From assembly GCA_043754535.1 (NCBI GenBank), contig JAYUUN010000062.1:1-39394 (forward strand): a stretch of DNA of 39,394 bases, given 5' to 3'. Position numbers and translations under genes: made by a program. The stretch is from Chloroflexota bacterium (lineage in GTDB: Bacteria > Chloroflexota > Chloroflexia > QHBQ01). Below, piece by piece: positions 1 through 8,014 of this stretch. The notes below the pieces were generated by a model that was not told the DNA's origin, made no database searches, and saw only the letters and a list, made by a program, of their open reading frames with translations. Each line of letters begins with the position of its first letter. The stretch's first letter is position 1.

Positions 1-1
1 C

Positions 2-724
2 ACCCCGACTGTCACCCACACCGCGACCAGTACCGCGACTGGCAGCACCGGCAGCACGCCGACGCGCACCAGCACTGCCGCTAACACGGCGACGCGCACC
101 AGCACCGCCACGGCCACTGGCGCAGCAATCAGCACCAGCACTGCCACGCCAATCGGTACACCCTGCACGATTAGCTTCCCTGACGTGCCGCCTAGCTACA
201 TCTTCTACGGCGACGTACAGTTCCTGGCCTGTCGGGGGATAGTCAACGGCTACGGAGACGGCACCTTCCGCCCCAACAATCAGACCACTCGCGGCCAGTT
301 CGCCAAGATCGTCACCATCGGCTTCAACATCCCAGCTTTCACTCCAACCAGCGGCCAGACCTTCCGCGACGTGCCACCCAACTATATCTTCTACCCGTAC
401 ATCGAGGCTGCCGCCCACGCTGGCGCAATCAACGGCTACGCCAACGGCAACTTCCGCCCCGACTTCCAGATCAACCGCATAGAGACGGTGGTGATCATCC
501 AACGCATCCGCAACTACCCGGTTGCCACCCCGACCAGCCCGACCTTCAGCGACGTGCAGCCAGGTGACTTCGGCTACGCAGCGGTCGAAACCCTCTACAG
601 CCGAGGGATCGTCAGCGGCCAACTGTGCGCCAGTGGCAGCAGCCTCTGCTTCCGGCGTAGCGACTTCATCATCCGCGGCGAACTTGCCAAGATCGTGCAT
701 CGGGCCATCGAGCAGTTGCCCTAG
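2..724 (+). CDS. S-layer homology (SLH) domain surface protein, C-terminal part (5' end outside window)
   Basis: The frame is open from base 2. A Thr/Ser/Ala-rich linker is followed by three SLH-like repeats (FxDVP..FY, GIVNGYGDGTFRPN, TRGQFAK). Confidence 0.9.
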   Translation, partial: TPTVTHTATSTATGSTGSTPTRTSTAANTATRTSTATATGAAISTSTATPIGTPCTISFPDVPPSYIFYGDVQFLACRGIVNGYGDGTFRPNNQTTRGQFAKIVTIGFNIPAFTPTSGQTFRDVPPNYIFYPYIEAAAHAGAINGYANGNFRPDFQINRIETVVIIQRIRNYPVATPTSPTFSDVQPGDFGYAAVETLYSRGIVSGQLCASGSSLCFRRSDFIIRGELAKIVHRAIEQLP

Positions 725-745
725 CACAAGACGCACATTGTGGCA

Positions 746-774
746 AAGGGCCAGCCCGCTGTGGGTTGGCCCTT
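746..774 (+). terminator. Intrinsic terminator-like hairpin between convergent genes
   Basis: AAGGGCCAGCCC-gctgt-GGGTTGGCCCTT inverted repeat 22 nt after the stop codon. Confidence 0.6.
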
Positions 775-811
775 CGTTTCGCTGACTGCCGTGCTGTGGC
801 GGTAAGGCTGG

Positions 812-1924
812 CTAATCAGCCTGGAAGGTGGGAGCCGCGGCTCTGACCATCGCTGGCTCGGTGGGTGGGGGCAGGACTATCACCATCTCAGGGCCGGGGC
901 GGGTTACCTTAGTGGGTAGGTTTAGCTGCACGGGGCGGCCCTCGGCTGCCGACTGGTAGAGGGCTTCGATAATCAGCACATCGATCAGCCCTTCGTTGCC
1001 ATCTGGCTCTGGCTGCTGATCGTTGAGGATGCAGTCGGCGAAGTAGAGCAGTTGCGGGCCAAAAGCATCCTGGGCAGCAAAACTGCGCTCCTCAGTTTGG
1101 TCGCCGACGGTGATCCGCTGGCGCAGTTCGCCACCGCCAAAACCGGGGTCGGCTAGCAGTTGGCCCTGGGTGCCGGTTACCTGGTAGCTAGCGTTGAAGT
1201 AGGCACCGAAGCTGGTGGTGAAGCTCGCCAGCCGCTCGCCGGGGAAGCGCATGATCGCGCTCGTCATCTCATCTATCACGCCGAAACGCTCGTCCTGGCG
1301 TAGTCCCTTCATCGCCAGCACCTCGGTTGGTTCACTGCGAAAGAGGTAGCGGGCAGCATTGACGCAGTAGACACCAAGATCGTAGAGGGTGCCATCACCC
1401 AGCTTCGGGTCGAGGCGTACGTTACCAGCGGTAACCTGCTGGCTAAAGGTTGCGTTGTAGATGCGTGGCTCACCCAGCCTGCCGCTCTGCACCACTTCCA
1501 CCGCCGCCATGTTGGCCGCATCGAAGTGCAGGCGGTAGGCGATCATCAGCTTCACACCATGCTGCTCTGCCGCTGCGATCATCGCTCGGCAGTCCGCGCT
1601 GGTCACTGCCATCGGTTTCTCACAGAGGATATGTACACCCGCTGCTGCCGCCTGGATCGCCTGGGCCGCGTGTAGCGGATCGGGCGTGGCAATGTAGACA
1701 GCATCCACCGTGCCGCTCCGCAAGCATTCCTCATACTGCTCGTAGGAGTAGGTTGGTACACCGTATTGCTTGCCCAACTCATCGCGCTTGGCTGCGTCAC
1801 CGCTAACCAGGGCGGCCAATACTGCCTTCTCGCCAGCGTTGGCGAAGGCAGGCAGCATGGCAGCCTGCGCGATCCAACCGAGGCCAACTACCGCGAACCG
1901 TACTTTAGCTTGTTCTTCTGGCAT
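812..1924 (-). CDS. Gfo/Idh/MocA family oxidoreductase (glucose-fructose oxidoreductase-like)
   Basis: Rossmann motif AVVGLGWIA, plus YIATP, CEKPMA and DLGVY motifs. Start set at ATG 1924 after a G-rich RBS. Confidence 0.9.
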   Translation of the reverse strand: MPEEQAKVRFAVVGLGWIAQAAMLPAFANAGEKAVLAALVSGDAAKRDELGKQYGVPTYSYEQYEECLRSGTVDAVYIATPDPLHAAQAIQAAAAGVHILCEKPMAVTSADCRAMIAAAEQHGVKLMIAYRLHFDAANMAAVEVVQSGRLGEPRIYNATFSQQVTAGNVRLDPKLGDGTLYDLGVYCVNAARYLFRSEPTEVLAMKGLRQDERFGVIDEMTSAIMRFPGERLASFTTSFGAYFNASYQVTGTQGQLLADPGFGGGELRQRITVGDQTEERSFAAQDAFGPQLLYFADCILNDQQPEPDGNEGLIDVLIIEALYQSAAEGRPVQLNLPTKVTRPGPEMVIVLPPPTEPAMVRAAAPTFQAD

Positions 1925-2190
1925 CTTTGTTTCCCCCCATCGTTTGTTGCCCACATTATAGCAGAGTGAGAGCATCAGGTACAGAGGGGTGGGCAGCTAA
2001 CCGTGCGCACTTGAGACAACAAGTACCACTAGTGCAGCATGGAAGCAGATAAGCGAGTAGAAGCCGACAGCTTGCTGAAGTCAAGGGCGGCAGGTTAGTT
2101 GCTCATCAATAACCAACTGCACCGCCCGTTAGGCTAATCCAGTGGCAGATACCCGCTTCAAGCGCGAACACCCACACAGCCAGCACAACA

Positions 2191-3168
2191 CTAGCGCAGA
2201 TTAGGGCCAGCAGGAGAGTTGGTCTTGAAGGCGGTAGTCTGGCGGATCACATCATAGGGCTTGGCAATCACGATCAGGCGATGGGTGTCTACCTTGTAGG
2301 GCCAGCAGGTGATCAGGGTGAGGGTCTGGTCAGCAGTCTGGTTCATGTACTCAGCGTTGCGGATACGCTCCTCCAGTGGCACGTTCTCCTCGCGCACTCG
2401 CTCCATTTGGGTGACGACGTAGAGGTAGGCCGTCCCCTCCTCGTTGTAGACAGTGATCTCGTCACCTGGCTTGAGATGTTCGAGGTTCTTAAACACTTCG
2501 CCCTTCCAGTCGTCGTGACCAGAGAGAACGATGTTGCCCACCTGCCCTGGGTTTGCACTGCCCTGGTGGTGGCCTGCCGCAAACTCAGCTACATCCCAGA
2601 TCATAATCTCCGCTCCGCTTTTCTTATCTTTGCTCGCGTGCCAGCCGACATCTATCACCGAGGCATCAAGCGCGATGCTGGGGGCTGCCACCCGACGGAC
2701 GCGGCTGGTCACGGCTGGGGCAGCCGGGGCAGCCGGAGCGGCAGAGTTGAGGGGGGACAGAGTGAAGTTGCTAGCGACTGCAATCGGGGTGGGCGTGGCC
2801 GCAGCAGCCTGGGCCACTGTGGTCGGCTGGTCGGCTGCGTTCACTGGCGCAGGGGTAGCAGTTGCCAGCCCGCTAGCCGATAGGTAGGTAGTGGTTGGTG
2901 CGCCAGCCAGCACCACATTGCTAGGCGTGCTGTTCTCCAACCAATAGTAGTAGCCCTGGTAGCCAACAACATAGATTAGGATCAGTAGGCCGACAGCGAT
3001 CAACAGGTTGCTGCCAACGCGCAAGGTGCGGCCCGCTGCTAGTGGCGGTGGCAACTGCACCGGCTCCAGGCGGGCGGTAGGCGGGCGCAGCGAGCGGACA
3101 GGGGCCAGGCCAAACGCCGCCTCCTTCTCGCGCAGATGTTGCTTGATCCGCTGGTCTACTGCCGACAT
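2191..3168 (-). CDS. Sortase (class D/E-like)
   Basis: N-terminal TM segment, catalytic His in GNIVLSGH, TLTLITCWPY signature with Cys, and Arg in HRLIV. Confidence 0.9.
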   Translation of the reverse strand: MSAVDQRIKQHLREKEAAFGLAPVRSLRPPTARLEPVQLPPPLAAGRTLRVGSNLLIAVGLLILIYVVGYQGYYYWLENSTPSNVVLAGAPTTTYLSASGLATATPAPVNAADQPTTVAQAAAATPTPIAVASNFTLSPLNSAAPAAPAAPAVTSRVRRVAAPSIALDASVIDVGWHASKDKKSGAEIMIWDVAEFAAGHHQGSANPGQVGNIVLSGHDDWKGEVFKNLEHLKPGDEITVYNEEGTAYLYVVTQMERVREENVPLEERIRNAEYMNQTADQTLTLITCWPYKVDTHRLIVIAKPYDVIRQTTAFKTNSPAGPNLR

Positions 3169-3312
3169 AATCGTACCCTCATCATACACAACGTAGCTGC
3201 CACCCTGAATGTTGCGGCCTACACCTATCCCTACACCTATCCAGGTTTGACTAGCCCTGTCACGCGCGAGGCGCAGTCGTGTACTTCTTGCCAGCGGTGA
3301 GCTAGCCGCAGG

Positions 3313-4794
3313 CTACTTGCCAGTGGTCAGGAACTCGATGGCGCGGGTGGTCTGCACGTCCTGGTCAGCCAGCTTCGTACTCTTGGTATCCACGGTTGGG
3401 CCAGGGGTAGGGGTGGCATTGGGGTCGACGACGGGCAGCTTCACCAGGATATCGGGCTGGAGGCCGATGCCATCGATCTCGCGCTTCTTGGGGGTCAGCC
3501 AGTGAGCGACGGTGATCCGTGCGCTGCTGTTGTCGCTCAGGTTGTGGACGTACTGCTCCGACCCCTTGCCATAGCTCTTTTCGCCGATCAGCGTAGCGCG
3601 CGCAGCATCCTGCAAAGCACCCGCCGTGATCTCGCTAGCCGAAGCTGAACCACCGTTGATCAGCACTACCATCTTTGTCTTCTCGTCGCTGAACGCGCCC
3701 TTGATAATGTTCTTTGCATCGTCACCACTGGTGCCATTCTTACTAAACTTCTCGTAAAGAGCCACGCCACTGGGCAAGAAGCGACCGAGCATCTGCTGCG
3801 CCGCCGTCACGTAGCCGCCACCGTTGTTCCGCAAGTCGAGAATGATACCAGAGGGATTGGGGTACTTGGCTAGCTGCTGGTCAAGCTCTTGCACCGTCTG
3901 GTCGCCGAAGATTGTCACCTTGAGGTAGAGGATGTTGCCGTCCAACAGCTTGCCGGTGGTCGAAGCCACCCGGATCGCATCGCGGGTAACTGTCACATCA
4001 AACGGCTTCTCCACCCCCACCCGCTGCACGCTGAGCGTCACTGGGGTGCCACGCGGCCCCTTGATCTTGCTGATCACCACGTCTTGAGGCTGACCAATGA
4101 TACTCTCACCGTTGACCTTGATAAAGATGTCGCCCGCCTTGATCCCCGCCTTCTCTGCTGGGCTACCCTCGATTGGGTAGAGGACGACGATCTGCTTGTC
4201 GTTCTTTGCATCAATGTATACGCCGATACCATCGAACTGGCCCTTGAGGTCAGAGGTGATACTGGTGGTCTGGGCTGGGTTGGCAAAGGTGGTGTGTGGG
4301 TCGCCGAGTGCGTCCATCATGCCCTTCGTCGCCCCATAAATCATCTTCTGGCGGTCAACAGGGCGACCGTAATATTCCTTCTCCACCAGTTGCCATGCCT
4401 CCCAGAAGGTCTTCATCTGCTCGTCAAGTTGCTTGTCACCACTGCCAGTAGAAGGATCGCCAGGCTGCACTGCTCCCGCTTCAGCAGTGGGCTGGGGGCC
4501 GTTCATCGCCTTGTCAGTCGCGTCGCCAGAGATGTTGGGTGTAGCATTCGCATCGGGGCTAGGTGTGGCTTTGGGCAGACCAGCGGCGGCCAGTGGGGTG
4601 TTAGTAGCGATCCCTACTGGAACCGAGGCAACGGCCTGGCGGGCGGGGAAGGCATAGCGGTCGGTAACGATGCCAGCAACAAAGCCGAGGGTGAAGACGA
4701 CGACGAGCGCAAGGGTGAGCAATGCGGTGCGTTGGCCGCTGCTCATCCCTCCTCGTGGCGGGGTGGGTTTGTTTGAGTACTGCGGCTGATACAT
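3313..4794 (-). CDS. S41A carboxyl-terminal processing peptidase with PDZ domain
   Basis: N-terminal TM segment, LGDPHT, PDZ (GIGV..GSPAEKAGIKAGD), DLRNNGGG, SASASE and GEKSYGKG motifs; AAGGAG RBS. Confidence 0.95.
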   Translation of the reverse strand: MYQPQYSNKPTPPRGGMSSGQRTALLTLALVVVFTLGFVAGIVTDRYAFPARQAVASVPVGIATNTPLAAAGLPKATPSPDANATPNISGDATDKAMNGPQPTAEAGAVQPGDPSTGSGDKQLDEQMKTFWEAWQLVEKEYYGRPVDRQKMIYGATKGMMDALGDPHTTFANPAQTTSITSDLKGQFDGIGVYIDAKNDKQIVVLYPIEGSPAEKAGIKAGDIFIKVNGESIIGQPQDVVISKIKGPRGTPVTLSVQRVGVEKPFDVTVTRDAIRVASTTGKLLDGNILYLKVTIFGDQTVQELDQQLAKYPNPSGIILDLRNNGGGYVTAAQQMLGRFLPSGVALYEKFSKNGTSGDDAKNIIKGAFSDEKTKMVVLINGGSASASEITAGALQDAARATLIGEKSYGKGSEQYVHNLSDNSSARITVAHWLTPKKREIDGIGLQPDILVKLPVVDPNATPTPGPTVDTKSTKLADQDVQTTRAIEFLTTGK

Positions 4795-4987
4795 AAAACT
4801 AGTTCTCCTTCAGGGGCAAAGCGTTAGTCTGGATACTAGATTATAAGCAAGAGCCGACCAAAACGCAAACCTTGCTTGAGCCAACGAGTGGCAATATGGT
4901 TAGGATTCGGTTAAAATAGCACAGCGGCTTGCCACCACTTATGCCCAGCCGCTAAGCCAGCTAGCTAAATAGTTGCAGAGGATGGTT

Positions 4988-5986
4988 ATGAAAGAGATGA
5001 GCGAACGAAGGCCGCGCCTCGGCTTCCTGGGCGTGGGCTGGATTGGCAGGCACAGGATGCAGGCGATCTTGGACAGCGGACTGGCTACCGTAGCCGCTAT
5101 TGCTGACCTGCCAGCGGCGGCACAGGCAGCGGCGACCCTCGCCCCTGACGCAACCGTAGTAACCTCGTTGGCTGAGCTACTTGCGCTCGACCTTGCTGGC
5201 GTAGTGATTGCCACCCCCAGTGCGCTGCACGCAGAGCAGGCAATAGCAGTGCTGGAGGCGGGTTTGCCAGTATTTTGCCAGAAGCCGCTGGGCCGCAACG
5301 CTGACGAAGCGGCCCAGGTGGTGGAGGCCGCCCGCACTGCCAACCTACTACTTGGCGTAGACCTCTCCTACCGCTACACCAGCGGGATGCAACAGGTGCG
5401 CGACCTGATCGCGGCAGACGAGATCGGCGCAGTCTACGCTGCCGACCTGATCTTCCACAACGCTTATGGGCCAGACAAGCCCTGGTTCTACGACCGCCAG
5501 TTGGCAGGCGGCGGCTGCGTTGTAGACCTGGGCGTACATCTGGTAGACCTTGCGCTCTGGTGCCTGGGCTTCCCCGCCGTCAGCACAGTCAGCAGCCGCC
5601 TGTTCGCTGGCGGTAAACCGCTGCTAGATGACAGGGCTGTGGAGGATTACGCCCTCGCCCGTCTCGACCTGGTTAGTGGCGCAGCGGTACAGCTAGCCTG
5701 CTCCTGGAAGCTATCCGTAGGCAGGGATGCAAGGATCAGCGCAACCTTCTACGGTACAGGTGGTGGCCTCAGCTTCCACAATCTTGACGGTAGCTTCTAT
5801 CACTTCGCCGCCGAACGCTTCCAGGGGACGAGCCGCGAGTTGCTAACCAACGTGGAGGAGCAGTGGGGCGGGCGGGCCGCTGTTGCCTGGGCAGGCCGCG
5901 TGGCCGCTGGCGACCGCTTTGACCCAACCAATATAGAGCTAGTGGCCGTAGCCGAAGCACTGGATCGCATCTACGCCGGACACTAG
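4988..5986 (+). CDS. Gfo/Idh/MocA family oxidoreductase
   Basis: LGFLGVGWIG, IATPSALH, CQKPLG and DLGVHLVD motifs. Exact start uncertain (4988 or 4997). Confidence 0.9.
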   Translation: MKEMSERRPRLGFLGVGWIGRHRMQAILDSGLATVAAIADLPAAAQAAATLAPDATVVTSLAELLALDLAGVVIATPSALHAEQAIAVLEAGLPVFCQKPLGRNADEAAQVVEAARTANLLLGVDLSYRYTSGMQQVRDLIAADEIGAVYAADLIFHNAYGPDKPWFYDRQLAGGGCVVDLGVHLVDLALWCLGFPAVSTVSSRLFAGGKPLLDDRAVEDYALARLDLVSGAAVQLACSWKLSVGRDARISATFYGTGGGLSFHNLDGSFYHFAAERFQGTSRELLTNVEEQWGGRAAVAWAGRVAAGDRFDPTNIELVAVAEALDRIYAGH

Positions 5987-6037
5987 AAAGAGGGCGCAGG
6001 GTTGCGCCCCCTCATGCTGCCGCCAATCTATCTACGC

Positions 6038-6289
6038 TTACTTGAAGTAGATGGCGTTCAGCGGGATGAACTCCTTCCACTGATCCGGTACCTCATCTTC
6101 AGGGAAGATAGCGTCAACCGGGCATTCCGGCTCGCAGGCTCCGCAGTCAATACACTCGTTAGGGTCAATGAACAGTTGCTTTTCGCCCTTGTCCTCAGCG
6201 GTGCCTGGGTGGATGCAGTCTACAGGGCAAACGTCAATGCAGGCGCGATCCTTGACATCAATACAAGGCTCGGTGATCACGTAGGTCAT
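6038..6289 (-). CDS. 7Fe-type dicluster ferredoxin (FdxA-like)
   Basis: MTYVITEPCIDVKDRACIDVCPVDCIH and CIDCGACEPECPVDAI motifs; AAGGAG RBS. Confidence 0.95.
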   Translation of the reverse strand: MTYVITEPCIDVKDRACIDVCPVDCIHPGTAEDKGEKQLFIDPNECIDCGACEPECPVDAIFPEDEVPDQWKEFIPLNAIYFK

Positions 6290-6505
6290 GACTTACCTCT
6301 CCTTCTCTTTCTTGGTTGGGCTGGGCCGCTGTTGTCGCGGCTACACAGGACCGTCTTTGGTCAGCGTGGTGCGGCCAAATTGACTGGCTAATTTCTGAGC
6401 CCAATATAGCACAGCACTGCTATGCTGGTCAAGTAGCCCAACCGCAGTAGCTTTCAGGGCTGCGGCACGCCATCCTGCTATATAGAAGCGCATACTTACC
6501 AAGCG

Positions 6506-6531
6506 AAAGGCAGGGAGCGACTCCCTGCCTT
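6506..6531 (-). terminator. Terminator hairpin downstream of the small HTH gene
   Basis: AAGGCAGGGAG-cga-CTCCCTGCCTT perfect inverted repeat. Confidence 0.65.
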
Positions 6532-6552
6532 CTAGCAACCTGATCTTTGTGC

Positions 6553-6792
6553 TTAGTGTACTTCGTTGCTGTTGTGGTTACCCATGTGAGCGCGGCTCTC
6601 CTTGAGCTTCTCGACATCACCGCGATGCACACGAGTCCCCCACTTGTGGTTCTGGCTGTTGACCTTGCCCGTGCGCATCCCCTGACGGATCACACTTTGG
6701 CTAATGCCAAACTCCTTAGCGGCGGCACTGATGCTCATGAAATCGGCATCCTCCTGGTAGTCCGTGTTGCTGCTGGCTTCCTGCTGGTTCAT
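6553..6792 (-). CDS. Small MerR-like/excisionase-type (HTH_17, BldC-like) DNA-binding protein
   Basis: FMSISAAAKEFGISQSVIRQGMRTGKV...RVHRGDVEKL fits the pattern; GAGGAG RBS before ATG 6792. Confidence 0.7.
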   Translation of the reverse strand: MNQQEASSNTDYQEDADFMSISAAAKEFGISQSVIRQGMRTGKVNSQNHKWGTRVHRGDVEKLKESRAHMGNHNSNEVH

Positions 6793-7005
6793 CCTGGCTC
6801 CTCTTTCTAGCAAACTGCTGCTACGTTACCCTAACGTCACTTACGCTAGCCCTAGCTCGCGGTGCGTTGTGGTAGAAGATCACTAACAAGTTCCGTGCCA
6901 CTATTTAGCTGCACCTACCGTCATCTTGTGTTATATAGGCAGAGGTGGGCCAATCGCGGTGGCTTGGACGCACACCCTGCGAACAGGATTTGCATCTTCT
7001 ACTCT

Positions 7006-7034
7006 ATTTTCGCACAAAACAACTTCTTTGTCAA
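7006..7034 (-). promoter_or_regulatory. Sigma70-like promoter for the HTH gene and its leader RNA
   Basis: TTGACA-17 nt-(TGc)GAAAAT on the minus strand. Confidence 0.55.
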
Positions 7035-7226
7035 GGGTTTCAGCGTTAATTTCGGCACTTTCGCTAAGATTGCTTTAAGCATATCATCTTTGTTCCATTG
7101 CGTAGGCGACAGCTAGGGGATATTGGAGCGATCTGGTGAGGCACACAGAGGTAACAACTCGCCCACTCGGCTAGGGTAGGATACTAACTGCTGCCAGCCC
7201 TGTAGAGCCGCCTGGTTGCGCGGCCC

Positions 7227-7255
7227 TTGACGGCGGCGGCCAAAAGGGGTATACT
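7227..7255 (+). promoter_or_regulatory. Sigma70 promoter of tRNA-Pro
   Basis: TTGACG-17 nt-TATACT, 11 nt before the tRNA. Confidence 0.75.
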
Positions 7256-7266
7256 ACGCAGGTAAT

Positions 7267-7343
<77 letters not shown>

Positions 7344-7362
7344 TTTCCGCAGTATCCACAAT

Positions 7363-7399
7363 ATGTGGGGGTGATTGCCAAATCTACCCCCACATTTTT
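7363..7399 (+). terminator. Terminator after the tRNA
   Basis: ATGTGGGGGTGATT...AATCTACCCCCACAT stem followed by a T run. Confidence 0.65.
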
Positions 7400-7429
7400 G
7401 TGCCTTGCTCCTCTACATGAGAGCAGGAT

Positions 7430-7640
7430 TGTGAGCTACAACCACCTTATTTCTGTCCAAAGCCTTCCGAGTCGAGAGAGTTTGGCCTACTTTGTCGAGG
7501 GCTTTTTGCTCTACAAGGATGACCTTTCGTCCCGCACTCAGGAGTGGTATCTGTTGCTCTTGGCTGATTTCGCGTGGTACCTGTGCCAGTGTGTCCCCTT
7601 AACCCACCTTAAAGATGTTACAGCAGAGCTAGGCCGATGC
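7430..7640 (+). pseudogene. Remnant of a tyrosine recombinase/integrase N-terminal (SAM-like) domain
   Basis: SLAYFVEGFLLYKDDLSSRTQEWYLLLLADFAWYL..LKDVT resembles XerC/D N-termini. No catalytic domain follows, and it lies just 3' of a tRNA. Confidence 0.55.
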
Positions 7641-7659
7641 AGTAATACCTGCGCCAGCC

Positions 7660-7910
7660 ACAACCAAAGAGTCGGTTGGGCCACCGCCACTGCTCGTTCC
7701 AGGCAGCGTGTCACCAAGCCTTGACCCAGGTTGTCACGCAACTCCCACACTACAATGTAGCGGCTGTACTATTCCACCAGACTGAACAGGTACATCCAAC
7801 TGCCATCGGCCAGCGGGATGTAGGCTTGGGGATCACCCCCTTGAGCTTTAGCCGCCCTATCAGCCCTGCAACCCGCTTGTGGTTGAGCTTGTAGCTTCCC
7901 GCCGCACTAC
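7660..7910 (-). mobile_element. Degenerate IS3-family transposase (OrfB) fragment
   Basis: The minus strand reads KLNHKRVAGLI.. and then YIPLADGSWMYLFSLVE*YSRYIVVWELRDNLGQGLVTRCLERAV. This matches the IS3 NHKRV and TYI..W.YL..D.YSR.IV.W motifs, with an internal stop and a deletion. Confidence 0.7.
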
Positions 7911-8014
7911 ACCATCATGCGGCGCACAAGCGAGCGTAGCGGGTGGTGCAGGGCCGCTTGGCGGTTTGGTATAATTAGCCTGCTAATCCGAAGACACAAC
8001 TAAGAGGGGCTACG

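Noticed and set aside
3218..3242. 12-bp tandem duplication CTACACCTATCC upstream of the sortase gene
   Set aside because: A single short duplication with no supporting context.
6002..6391. 129-aa plus-strand ORF, and other long antisense ORFs such as 3889..4776 and 30824..31921
   Set aside because: Shadow ORFs antisense to well-supported genes in GC-rich DNA.
6300..6405. Ferredoxin 5' UTR with GGGCT/AGCCC closing stem as a possible riboswitch
   Set aside because: The stems are short and I recognise no aptamer consensus.
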